Shown: in pieces, positions 1 through 11,526 of the stretch
Layout of the letters: each line of letters begins with the position of its first letter
Numbering within the stretch: the stretch's first letter is position 1
From: Octopus sinensis
Lineage: Eukaryota
Direction: 5' to 3'
Length of the DNA stretch: 64,000 bases
Assembly: GCF_006345805.1 (NCBI RefSeq)
Contig: NW_021833271.1
Coordinates: 28,426-92,425 of the forward strand
The notes under the pieces: generated by a model
What the model saw: the letters and a program-made list of their open reading frames with translations, nothing else
Told to the model about the DNA's origin: nothing
The model's database searches: none
Program-made: the position numbers and the translations under genes

Positions 1-469
1 GGAAGACGGCAATTTTAATTTGTATGACACTAAAATTTAAAAAATGCCGAATATTTTCTCAATTACAATCATTGCCTACTTAAAATAGTTACACAGTTAA
101 CATGTCCGAAGGGCTTTTGTCCTATTCTAATTTAAGACTATATTAAGACAGAGAATGATGTAAGGAAATTTGGCTTCTATTTCATGCAGGTTGAGCCACT
201 GTTTAAAGGCTCCCAAATAGCTTTATGTATAATTCATGTGTAGTTTTTGTTTTATTTAATTGTTGCCAAATACTCAAAGCTTATTTTTATAGTTTCTCTT
301 GTAAAATTTACTTCAGGAAGCCTTTTGTGCAGAGACTATTGATAGTCCCTACCAGCAATAGATATGTCACATGAAGAGAGGTTGGTCAACACAAAGAAAT
401 TCTCTATCAAAAAGATAATATATCAAAGATAAATGCATCATATTCTGATTATAATTGTGAGAATGAATA

Positions 470-2570
470 TCATCATCATCTTCATTGTCATTTAACATCC
501 GTTTTCCATGCTGGCATGAGTTGGAAAGTTTGACTGGATCTAGCAAGCCAGAAGCTGGCACCAGGCATCACTGTCTGTTTTGGCATGGCTTTTACAGCTG
601 GATGCCTTTCCAAACACCAACCACCTTACAAAGTGGACACTGCATTTTGCAGGACACCAGCACCAGCAAGGTCTGTTTTGGCATGGTTTTTACAGCTGGA
701 TGCTCTTCCTAACACCAACCACCTTACAAAGTGGACAGTGCATTTTGCAGGACACCAGCACCAGCAAGGTCTGTTTTGGCATGGTTTTTACAGCTGGATG
801 CTCTTCCTAACACCAACCACCTTACAAAGTGGACAGTGCATTTTGCAGGACACCAGCACCAGCAAGGTCTGTTTTGGCATGGTTTTTACAGCTGGATGCT
901 CTTCCTAACACCACCACCTTACAAATGGACAGTGCATTTTGCAGGACACCAGCACCAGCAAGGTCTGTTTTGGCATGACTTTTACAGCTGGATGCTCTTC
1001 CTAACACCAACCACCTTACAAAGTGGACAGTGCATTTTGCGGGACACCAGCACCAGCAAGGTCTGTTTTGGCATGGTTTTTACAGCTGGATGCTCTTCCT
1101 AACACCAACCACCTTACAAAGTGGACAGTGCATTTTGCAGGACACCAGCACCAGCAAGGTCTGTTTTGGCATGGTTTTTACAGCTGGATGCTCTTCCTAA
1201 CACCAACCACCTTACAAAGTGGACAGTGCATTTTGCAGGACACCAGCACCAGCAAGGTCTGTTTTGGCATGGTTTTTACAGCTGGATGCTCTTCCTAACA
1301 CCAACCACCTTACAAAGTGGACAGTGCATTTTGCAGGACACCAGCACCAGCAGGTCTGTTTTGGCATGGTTTTTACAGCTGGATGCTCTTCCTAACACCA
1401 CCACCTTACAAAGTGGACAGTGCATTTTGCAGGACAGCACCAGCAAGGTCTGTTTTGGCATGACTTTTACAGCTGGATGCTCTTCCTAACACCAACCACC
1501 TTACAAAGTGGACAGTGCATTTTGCGGGACACCAGCACCAGCAAGGTCTGTTTTGGCATGGTTTTTACAGCTGGATGCTCTTCCTAACACCAACCACCTT
1601 ACAAAGTGGACAGTGCATTTTGCAGGACACCAGCACCAGCAAGGTCTGTTTTGGCATGGTTTTTACAGCTGGATGCTCTTCCTAACACCAACCACCTTAC
1701 AAAGTGGACAGTGCATTTTGCAGGACACCAGCACCAGCAAGGTCTGTTTTGGCATGGTTTTTACAGCTGGATGCTCTTCCTAACACCAACCACCTTACAA
1801 AGTGGACAGTGCATTTTGCAGGACACCAGCACCAGCAAGGTCTGTTTTGGCATGACTTTTACAGCTGGATGCTCTTCCTAACACCAACCACCTTACAAAG
1901 TGGACAGTGCATTTTGCGGGACACCAGCACCAGCAAGGTCTGTTTTGGCATGGTTTTTACAGCTGGATGCCTTTCCAAACACCAACCACTTTACAACGTG
2001 AACTGGATGCTTTTTATTTGGCACCAGATCTGCTTGAGTCATTCATTAATTCACTACACAAAGATCTTCTGAGGGGAGGGTGTATTGGAGGAGGTGGGTT
2101 TGTGTCAGGTGATGAGAGGTTATAGTGTGACAAAGGGACAGAAACTGGTATGTTGGTGTAGAGGAGATACATGGTTATCCAGTCAGAGGGAGAGACCAAG
2201 AGAGAGAAGAGAGATGAAAGATCAAGAATGAGAGAGAGACTGGAAGAGAGTGAGAGTGTGAGAGAACATGAGAGAAAAGGGTGAGAAAGAGCGAGAGTGA
2301 GAAAGGTGAGAGAGAGATAGAGAGAGAGAGTGATGATGAAGTGCCAGGGCATACCTCAAGGTACAGGGATCAAAATACAAATGGGATGGTAGAATATTTC
2401 CAAGGGTGCATGAGCAGGAAGGATGGACTTGACTTGAATGCTGAGAGCAGGGGGAAGGGGAATATGGTGACTGGTGAAACTTGGGTATATAGAGGAGGTG
2501 AGGGACAACAGGATGGCATTGTTACAAGGGGCAGGGTAGTGAGGACAGGATTGGGGTGTGAAAGATAAGA
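470..2570 (-). mobile_element. Composite retroposon: RTE-type 3' tail with (CAT)n end plus GA-rich body; hosts the 98-bp array
   Basis: Starts catcatcatc...tttaacatccgttttccatgctggcatgagttgg, the reverse complement of the RTE 3' end at 14100-14213. The downstream block (caggtgatgagaggtta...gtagaggagatacatggtta) recurs at ~17000-17100, ~19660-19740 and ~35660-35740. Confidence 0.6.
572..1995. repeat. 98-bp tandem repeat array, about 14.5 copies
   Basis: The unit ggtctgttttggcatggtttttacagctggatgctcttcctaacaccaaccaccttacaaagtggacagtgcattttgcaggacaccagcaccagcaa starts at 572, 670, 768, 866, 962, 1060, 1158, 1256, 1353, 1447, 1545, 1643, 1741, 1839 and 1937. There are no spacers. Confidence 0.97.
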
Positions 2571-2699
2571 ATATATTCTTGTTTATTTGCACTAGTAGAT
2601 AATAACTACTGAAAAATTTGGTGATCAAAGACAGAAGATATAAGGGAGTGATGTGAAAGATATCTCTTGACAAATTAAACATAATTTATATTTAATACA

Positions 2700-2896
2700 T
2701 CGTTAGTACCCCAGACAAAATGCTTAGCAGTATTTCATTTGTCTTTACATTCAAAGTTCAGATTCTGCAAAGGTTGACTTAGTCTTTCATCCTTTCAGAG
2801 TGATAGAATAAATACCAGTTCAACATTGAGGTTAATGTAATCCAGTAGCTCCCCCCCCCAAATTTCAGGCTTTGCACCTATAGTAGAAAGTATTAT
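2700..2896 (+). mobile_element. SINE with Nin/Deu-like central domain (degenerate)
   Basis: gttcagattctgcaaaggttgacttagtctttcatcctttcagagtgatagaataaataccag...cctatagtagaaagtatta. The same family occurs at 15866-16010 and 42705-43520. The Deu/Nin assignment is from memory of the GCCTTTCATCCTT..GTCGATAAAATGAGTACC core. Confidence 0.6.
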
Positions 2897-3120
2897 ATTT
2901 ATTACATTTTTTCCGGTTGAATTTGCTTTATTTTTTCAGTGTTTTTGTGATTTTCATGTAGATGGCTGGTATTGTGGCACACCTGACAGAATGTTAGGAT
3001 TCAAAGAATTAAACAAATTTCATAATAATTTATAGCAAAGTGTTTCAGGATGTTTCTTCAAAATTTTTCAGTGTGTGATATTTAAAAATTTCATTAATTT
3101 TTTTTTTTTTAATTTTATAG

Positions 3121-3368
3121 ATCCACCTGATATTACTGCACCAGATAATGTGACATTATTTGAGAATCAAGCATCCATTATAGACTGTAATGCAAAAGGA
3201 AACCCTACCCCAGAAGTGTGGTTGGAGAATGAAAATCGAAATTCCTTTCAAATTCAATATTAACTTTTAATCGTAAAAATATCAGTCGTGTTTTCTGCTC
3301 TGCCATTGCAAAGAGTGAAAAGAATGGAAATTTCCGAGATAGAAAGGAAATTAATATCCTGTTGAAAT
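3121..3368 (+). CDS. IgSF receptor exon A: Ig-like domain with a 1-nt frameshift in the A-run at 3232-3235
   Basis: Poly-T tract + TAG acceptor at 3120; GTATGT donor at 3369; phase 1 at both ends. Reads PPDITAPDNVTLFENQASIIDCNAKGNPTPEVWLENE and, after adding one A, KSKFLSNSILTFNRKNISRVFCSAIAKSEKNGNFRDRKEINILLK. Shows B-strand C, C-strand W and F-strand C. Confidence 0.85.
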
Positions 3369-3719
3369 GTATGTTAAATATAAATATTTGTTCCTCCTCC
3401 TCCTCCTCCTCCTACTACTACTACTACTACTACTGTTACTACTACTACTATCACTAATATCCTCACCATCATCAAATGTCTTTTACTTCTTTGTATAAAT
3501 TCTCAGATTGAGTGGCATATTGTGTCCTTGGGCAAAGCACATCACTTCACATTGCTCTAGTCTACTCAGCTGAAAATGACTACCAGCTAAGTGCTGGTGC
3601 AGCCCTCTCTCTCTTCAAGCAACACCTCCTTGATGATCTACTGGGTCAAGAGTGGGTACACTGAGAGGGCATTTATGTCTCCTTGTGATTGCATAAGTGT
3701 CTAAAATCATCTTCACTTG

Positions 3720-4046
3720 TGGGTCATCTTCACTTGTGAGCGACACGCATGTAAAAAACACCACTTGAGCATGGTCATTGCCAGTGGCACATAAAAAGCA
3801 CCATTTGAGGTGATCGATACCAGTATCGCCTGACTGGCCCTCATACTGGTGGCACATAAAAAGCACCCACTACACTATCAGAGTGGTTGGCATTAGGAAA
3901 GGCATCCAGCTGTAGAAACCATGCCAGATCAGATTGGAACCTGGTGCAGCCTTCTGGCTTGCCACTCCTCAGTCGAACCGTCCAATGCATGCCAGCATGG
4001 AAAGTGGACGTTAAACTATGATGATGATCATCATCATTATCATCAT
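3720..4046 (+). mobile_element. RTE LINE 3' UTR fragment / RTE-tailed SINE
   Basis: gtggcacataaaaagcaccca...gttggcattaggaaaggcatccagctgtagaaacc...ggaaagtggacgttaaactatgatgatgat matches 14020-14213. Confidence 0.75.
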
Positions 4047-6131
4047 TGTCTTATGCCTATTTTTCCATGCTGGCATGAGTTAGAAGGATTTGTTCCACCT
4101 CAGCCCTTGCCACTTGTCATAGTCCATCATCATCTGATATTCCTTACATCATCTCTCTCTGGTGTATATGATTTTTTTTATGCTAGGGGGTTGTGATAGG
4201 CTTTTCAGCTGAATGCCCTTCCTATCACCAATCATTCTGCAATGGAGTTCAGTCTTTTTGATCAGTAAAGTGGTTAATTATTTAAGGAAGGAGTGTAGTC
4301 ATGAAATCAATACTACTTCATCAGTTAAAAGTAAGGAAAAATAAAGTCAGCCTGTGTGGAACTGAAGAGGACAAAACTGATTAATATTAAGGTCGTAGTC
4401 ACTATAAAAGGTAGGTTTCACAATTTCTGGTAATATATCCTGAAAACCCACATAACCTAACTGAAACAGTATCCTAAAGACTACCTTTTCGCTTCAGAAG
4501 TAGAAAATATTTCAGCTTTTGAGCAATTACTGATTTTCTATAAAATTCAAGTAAGATCCACAAAGAATTACTGCTCCTACACCCAGGACAGATTTGCTCA
4601 GTGAAAGCCCCACTAATTGATAATGACTCAGTAACACATACCATCTTTCGCTCGTACATGTGCTTCTCTTCTCTCTGCTTCTTCTATTATTATTACTCCG
4701 ATCACTGCTCCTAGCTTTAAACAACCTCCATCCAAGTTCACCCAATACATCTATCTCTCCCATTCTTCTCGTCAATACTGTATTTCATTGACCACTATGC
4801 ATAATCAAACCTTCTTAGAGTTGAACAATGTGAAATTCCCTTCCCACCTATGACTTGCCTGTAGATATTGATGTGTACAACTGAACATAGGCTGTATCAG
4901 TCTTACCAGTCTTGGAGAGTTTGTGAAAGATAATGTCTGCAAATAATTTTTGTTGACTGATCTCTAAAAAAATCATTATTCTAACACTGACCCTGCTGTA
5001 TTCACTCTATTTACTTTAAGAATTATGTTAATGACATCCATTCTGTGCAATATTGTTGTTGAGCTTCAAAAGAACTCCCTCAGATTAAGAGCATGACCTG
5101 TAAATATGAACAAAAGAACTGAAAGATAATTTGGGTTTGTTGATCCTTGATTTTACTAAGGGATTTATTGTGACCAAACATCACATCAGTTTCTCCAGTT
5201 TAAATGAATATGGGTGTTTGTAATTTTTCTGGTCTCTGAAGTCCATATTTTGCTCTCTACAACCACCCTACTTCAAATGGTGTATTCTGTAAACATCTAC
5301 AACTGCCCAATTTCTAAATATTGATATCCTTTTTACTAGGGTTTTAAGTGGGCACATTTAATTTCTCCTGTAATATTTCAGTATCCTTATGCACTATTAA
5401 TGGATAGACAGGTGTCAAATTTGTTTTACAGAGACCTGTTTAATTGAAATATCTCTCCCTAGGATAGAAACTTGATAAATAAGACATTTGAACTCAAAAT
5501 TTGTCAAAACACAATTCAAAACCTAAAAATTTTGATTTTATATTCAATGCCACTGAAGCATTATCTCATTTTGAATTTGAATAGACTAATGCAGTTCACA
5601 TAGAAGATGTCTCAAAGCTAATGATGTACCCAACCTAACTCATTTATTATCCTTAACTGAAGGTAGCTCACTGAATTTTGAAATTAGAGAAGCTAAGTTT
5701 TCAATAAAACTTTTGATTACATCTCCTACCTAGAAATCATTATTTTCAGCAAAATGTTTGTTAAAAAAACTGGAAAATATGAGCTAACCTGGAAAGACAA
5801 AAATTTACTGAGCAAGGCAAACATTTTAAACCAAAACATATTTTAAGAAGAAATGAATGTCATCACAAATTGTCCTAATGACAGCAGCATCATAATCATT
5901 TCTGCTGTGAAAGGAAATGCAACTTCAATAATGTCAGAGAAGAATACACATTAATCACATCTTTAGGCATGCTTAAATTAAATGCAAAATAACTTCTTAT
6001 ACACATATATAATCTACAAACATATGATTACTCAAGATTCCGTCAAGATCAGTTGCCAGCTGTAGATACTCAGCATATTCTTTTATGAGTTGTTACCCAG
6101 CAAAATTTATTTCCCTTCTTACTGATAGAAG

Positions 6132-6345
6132 TGTCCCATTTTTCATGGGTGCTGTACATTTCAATGAACTAATAAAAGAGTTTGTTTTTTTTAGTTCATT
6201 TTACAGCACCCATGAAAAATGGGACATATTGATCTAGTTTTCAAGTCATCAACTTTAATGTGATTTGCTTGCTCACAATGATTGGTGGGGGGGGGGGCTC
6301 TTTTTTTGGTGAAGTTCTACTTTCGGAAACAAACTAGATCAATAT
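6132..6345. repeat. Two adjacent inverted repeats (hairpins)
   Basis: tgtcccatttttcatgggtgctgta (6132-6156) pairs perfectly with tacagcacccatgaaaaatgggaca (6202-6226), with an inner aatgaactaa/ttagttcatt pair. Next, atattgatctagttt (6226-6240) pairs with aaactagatcaatat (6331-6345). Confidence 0.85.
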
Positions 6346-8442
6346 TTTGAATAGTTATTGCAAAATATGTCACTAGTTAATATAACTTATAAAAATGCCT
6401 ATACAAGACTATTGAACTTCCAAATAAAATGTGAGATACACTTTATATTGCCAGTAATTAAGCAATTTAAATATCTATATTTCTGAAAATGTAGCAATAA
6501 AATGTGCATTTTGGCTCAGCTATGTTTTTGGGGAAACTCCAGTTTCTGAGTGGCCAGGGAGAGGTATTTACAGTAGGAAAATAAACATCATCCACTGGAC
6601 ACTACTGCAGTTTTGAGTCTCACTACTCTTATAGTGATAAGAAAAAATATTTACAATACACTCTGTTAAGGTGTTGGTAAATAAGCAGAGAAAGCATAGA
6701 GTCAGGAGATCCCTTCAGTTCTCTCTTGCTGAGGACATAACCTCGTCTTTAATGCTGGTTCCACAATAAAGTGCACCCAATACACTCTGTAAAGTAGCTG
6801 GTAAATGAACAGAGAAAGCATAGAGTCAAGAGGTGTATTTGGTCTTCTCTAGCCAAAGATATGACAACTTCTCTCGTGGTGGTACTACACTAAAATACAT
6901 TTAGTACGCTGTGTACAGGTTGGTCATAGGAAGCACATCTATCTATTGAAACATAGTCAAAACCTAGCCAAATGTGGCATAGTCTTCCAACTTGTCTATG
7001 AAAACAGCGGTCTCAGTAAGGTCCCATATGTGACTACCCTTCCTTGCCATCATGGAGAGTGGATATGAAGAAGGAGAAGGAAAAGGAGGTGATTTAAAGC
7101 ATCAAGAAAATGTGTCTATCCTATTGAAGTATTTTTTCAAATATAAGCAGTCATTTGGAGACCATATTTTTCTGCAATAAATAACCTGTATTCTTCTATA
7201 TGTATGCAATGAAATCCCCAATCACTGTTAGCTCCACTTTACAACAAACAGTCGCCTAGAAACATACAAAGATTCTGTATTAGTTATACAATCAAATCAA
7301 TACAACAAATTTCAAAGATGTCACATTCAGTCTTCAAGTTTGGATAAATCAAATATAATGCATTTATCAAATTTTTCAGTGTGGAAATGAAAAAACCCTA
7401 AATATCATTACAGAAGAGATTGAGAAACTTTGATTAGGGATGACAAGACAAAAGCATAATGTCTGATGTACAATTGAAAATCATAAGCATCTATGGATAA
7501 GGGCATCAAAAGTAAAGGTTCCATTCAAATCTAACCAAAAGATATACAACTGTTTATTTGGTTTTAAACCCATAACTTTGGATAGAGGGCTCTAATTAAA
7601 AATGATAGGAAGACAAAAAAAGCAAAGCTAACTGTTTAAATTTAAACAGTTCATTTAAAAAGTTCATCTCAGTACTACATACGTATTTACTTCAATAATT
7701 TATTTTATTCAATTTATTTATATTTTGTTCTCAGAATGAAAACTACATCAACTTTAACAACATAAAAACTTAATATTTGAATCTTTTGACTTAGTATTTT
7801 CAATTACTTTGGTTTCATTTGTCTGGCATCATACCACTTTCTTCCTATCATGCTATTACCATAAGTGGATACATTTAAACACTACATTGATATTGTGATG
7901 AAGAACGGATATATCCTTTTTCCCATGATCTACTGAAGAACGCTTCTAATTCCTCTTATTGAGAGGCATTTTTTTGTATGCTATGTGAAGAAATTTCATT
8001 GTGAAATGATTTTAATTTCTTATATCTGTATGGTTTGACAATTTTTATGAATATTATTAGTAGAAATTTCATGAATTGTTTGTTTACTCTACAACTCAGT
8101 AAACTATCTTCCTGGTGAATACAGTTATTTCTCAATGGACAATCTACCCATCCAGATACAAGTACTGCATGGAAGTACATATCACTGTTGCAACCTCCTG
8201 TAAATCTTAAAAACCTTATAAAGATTTCATTAGCCACAGGGCCAAGCTAAAATTGTCCCAAGATTGTGGTGGTTTAGATTGCTTTCTGTATTTTACTTTG
8301 ATATCCTGTATGAGAAACATGTTCAATGACAATCATAGAATCTGAATTTAAAATGTGTGTGAAACTGAAATTTTTAATTTTAATCCTATTTTCTAAATTG
8401 AAACTGTTCCTTGATTATTTTATTTTATTTTATTTTTTTAAG

Positions 8443-8694
8443 ATCCTCCTCAAGTAAACTTTAATATTTCAAAAAAGACAAATAAAATAATAATTAGTTG
8501 CACTGCATCTGGTGGAAATCCAGCAAATCATAAATATGAACTGAAGCAAAAATGGGGAAACACCACTAAGAATACTTATGATATAAAAGTATTATCTATA
8601 AACAATCCTTCCTTCAGTAATACTGGTACATGGGAGTGTCATGTAAGCAATGATGATTTTATTGTGATTAAGTCATCAAACTACAAAATTTCAG
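8443..8694 (+). CDS. IgSF receptor exon B: Ig-like domain, GC splice donor
   Basis: The T-rich acceptor ends AG at 8442. The frame is open: (Y)PPQVNFNISKKTNKIIISCTASGGNPANHKYELKQKWGNTTKNTYDIKVLSINNPSFSNTGTWECHVSNDDFIVIKSSNYKIS, with C..W..(N/D)xGxWxC. It ends CAG|GCAAGT in phase 1 and joins exons A and C in frame (LLK-Y-PP; KIS-V-RP). Confidence 0.9.
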
Positions 8695-8712
8695 GCAAGT
8701 ATTTTACAAAGC

Positions 8713-9998
8713 CAATAAGTAATGCCCCTGACCCGCTTGCAGTTGTTTGATCTAGCTGAAATTTTGCATGTGCAATTATTTATATCATTATAGATTAAGT
8801 GGCAAATTACAGCTCTGAACTAATTGTGGTTTCTGATTTACAGGTGTTTGAACTGTGTCAAGTGTGAAATGGAGCCTGTTGCGTGTCGAGCAGTGATCAC
8901 GTTTTTGTATTTGAAAGGACGCACACCACGGGAGACTTTTGATGAAATGAAAGTAACTTATGGTGATGATGCCCCATCATATGACCTTGTAAAACGCTGG
9001 TATCGTGAATTCAAACATGGTCGGAACTCTGTGGAAACAGCTCCCAGATCTGTTCGCCCCCCCTTCTGCCATTGATGAGGCATTTGTCCATCAAGTTGAG
9101 GCTGCCATTTTGGAAGATCGACGCATAACTATTTCCCAAATAGCCCATGAGGTCAAGATTAGTACCGGGTCTGTGAAAACTATCATTCATGATCATTTGC
9201 ATATGCAAAAGGTGTCTGCCAGATGGATTCCCAGGTTGCTCACGCCTTTCCAGAAGCAAGAACGCGTTGATTGCTCGAGGATGAATTTGGAGATGTGCCA
9301 AGAAGATGAGTCAAAATTTTTCAAAAGACTGATTACACAGGATGAAACCTGGGTTCATCACTATGATCCAGAGACCAAAGCCCAGTCAATGCAGTGGAAT
9401 CACCGTTACTCACCTCCTCCAAAGAAGGCAAGGGTGCAGCCCTCCGCTAGCAAAGTCATACTCACAACCTTCTGGGACCAGGACGGAGTAGTGATGCCAG
9501 ATTTCCTGGAAAATGGTACCACAATTACAGGAGCCTATTATGCTTCACTTTTGAGGAAATTAAGAGAAGCTATCAAAATCAAGAGGCGGGGCAAGATCAG
9601 CAAAGGTATCCTCCTTCTGCAGGACAACGCTCTGGTCCACAACTCGTGTGTCGCCAGATCAGAAGCACAGGCATGCGGCTATGAACTCCTCCCTAATCCC
9701 CCCTACTCTCCTGACCTTGCACCCTCTGATTTTCACCTCTTCCCAGCCATGAAGTTATTTTTGAAAGGAAAGCGTTTCCCAGATGATGCAGCCTTGATTT
9801 CTGAAGTCATGTCGTGGTTGGAGGACCAAGCTGGGGGTCTACTACAATAACGGTCTCCAGAGCTGCATCAAACAATGGGAGAAATGCATAACTCTGGGTG
9901 GTTCCTATGTAGAAAAAGACTAATAACTGTGCCAAGTTTCGTTGCTCTACTGCTATGGGAAGTGGGTCAGGGGCATTACTTATTGAACGCCCCTCGTA
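8713..9998 (+). mobile_element. Mariner (DD34D) transposon with frameshifted transposase
   Basis: Left TIR remnant caataagtaatgcccctgaccc (8713) vs right TIR gggtcaggggcattacttattgaacgcccctcg+TA (to 9998). Transposase from ATG 8869 (MEPVACRAVITFLYLKG...) with WIPRLL, TQDETW, LQDNA and YSPDLAPSDFHLF. Frameshifts near 9060 (C-run) and ~9840; stop near 9923. Confidence 0.95.
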
Positions 9999-10167
9999 TT
10001 TACAATTCAATTTTTATTTTTGGAATGGTAAAATTGTTCAGGTATTTATTTAATTTTATCCCATTAGAAGATTGTTGGACTTTGTTTCTTTTTATGTGTA
10101 TCAATAAAAGTGATAATTTTAATTATAATTTTCAGGAATTGTTTGAGATATAAATACTGAAGAATTG

Positions 10168-11416
10168 TATTGGGTTGGCAACTAAGTTCCTACGGTTTTT
10201 TTAAATTAAAATTTTTTAACAGGTTTAATGAAAAATAACAACTAATTAATCAATAATGCATTCACCCTTGTTATTTATTACTTCTTCCCAATGTTCAACA
10301 AGATTTTCAATACCTCGTTGGTAGAAATCACCCGATTTCGGCTCAAAAAATTGATTCAAGCTCTCAATTCTGCATCATTATTGAACGAAAATCCACACAT
10401 AGCACTTGAAAGAGATAGAAAGAGGTGGAAATCCATTGGTGCCAAATTAGGAGAGTATGGTGGGTGTAGCAGCACTTCTCAGCCATGCGTTTGAATGACT
10501 TCCTTGGCCATTTTGGCGATATGAGGGTGGGTGTTGTCATGCAGCAGAAGAGCTTTATGCAGCCGATTAGGTCTTTTCTCTTGAATAGCCATGTTGAGTT
10601 GTTCCCTCTGTTGAACATAGAGTTCAACATTGACCGTTTGGTTCTGTTCAAGCAATTCGTAATGGATAATTCCTTCCCAGTCCCACCATATACACAACAT
10701 CATTTTACGCTGATGAAGATCTTGTTTTACACGCAGTGTCCCTTATTTACCGGGGTTAAGCCATTCCTTACGCTGTTTCATATTGATGTTCAGGCACCAT
10801 TTTTCATCGCCAGTAACGATTCAGTAAAGAAATCGTTGCTTGTGTCTTTGAGTTGAGCGGTGATGAGCAAGGAAACCAGTGGAGATTGTGGCTTGTTAAT
10901 TTTTGTTGTTGTCACTTAGAACATGCGAAAACCCATGCTCCATACTTCTGAACCTTTCCCATTGAGTGAAGATGCTTTTCTATGGCAGTGTGGGAGCATT
11001 CCATTTTCTCTGCCAGTTCCCTTGTCATTTGATGAGAAATTTTGTGCAAAAGTTGGTTTAATTGCTCTTCATTGAACTCAACTGGACGACCAGAACAAGG
11101 TGCGTCCTCGAGGTCAAAATTTCCATTTTTGAACTCCACATACCTATCACGAGTGGCTTTTTCAGCTATGGTACCCTCTCCATACACAGCACAAATGTCA
11201 CGAGCAGCTTTTTCGGCCTTAGAACCTTGATTAAAAGCAAAATGAAGGCGGTATCGGAAATGCTCGTTTCTCTTAACTTGACATTCCATTTTAATGATCT
11301 GAAAATAAACAAAAATTAACTAAGATTAACTAGAAACAAAAAAATAGATTCCAAAATTTAAAAATGCAATAAATTCCAAAATTTAAAAAACGGCAGAAAC
11401 TTAGTTGTCAACTCAG
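10168..11416 (-). mobile_element. Mariner transposon, second family (mellifera-like TIR), degenerate
   Basis: TA+ttgggttggcaactaagttcctacggttttt (10168) vs aaaaaacggcagaaacttagttgtcaactcag (to 11416). Fragments: MECQVKRNEHFRY...DLEDAPCSGRP...GAWV, MLCIWWDWEGIIHYELL, LLHDNTHPH, and a HPPYSPNLAPMDFHL-like motif. Confidence 0.92.
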
Positions 11417-11526
11417 TTGTTTTAATAAAGTGATTGTCATCAATATTTCCAGAAAAGAACTGAAAGTGTTTTTTCACATTAATTGGAAGCATATGAATTA
11501 AATTATAGACCAAGAGCATAAAATAT

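Noticed and set aside
293-456. Possible upstream exon (ttttatAG ... T|GTGAG) that would join exon A as Y-PP
   Set aside because: All three frames contain stops (the best has TGA at 372), and there is no recognisable Ig motif.
572-1995. CRISPR-like array, or repeat protein ORFs (HFAGHQHQQGLFWHGF...)
   Set aside because: The units are contiguous with no unique spacers, the context is eukaryotic, and no cas genes are present. The ORFs come from a 98-bp period cycling through frames.
4700-6000. Possible ancient CR1-type RT remnant on the minus strand
   Set aside because: Only faint motif echoes (GLCKTNL-like) are visible, too decayed to support without an HMM search.
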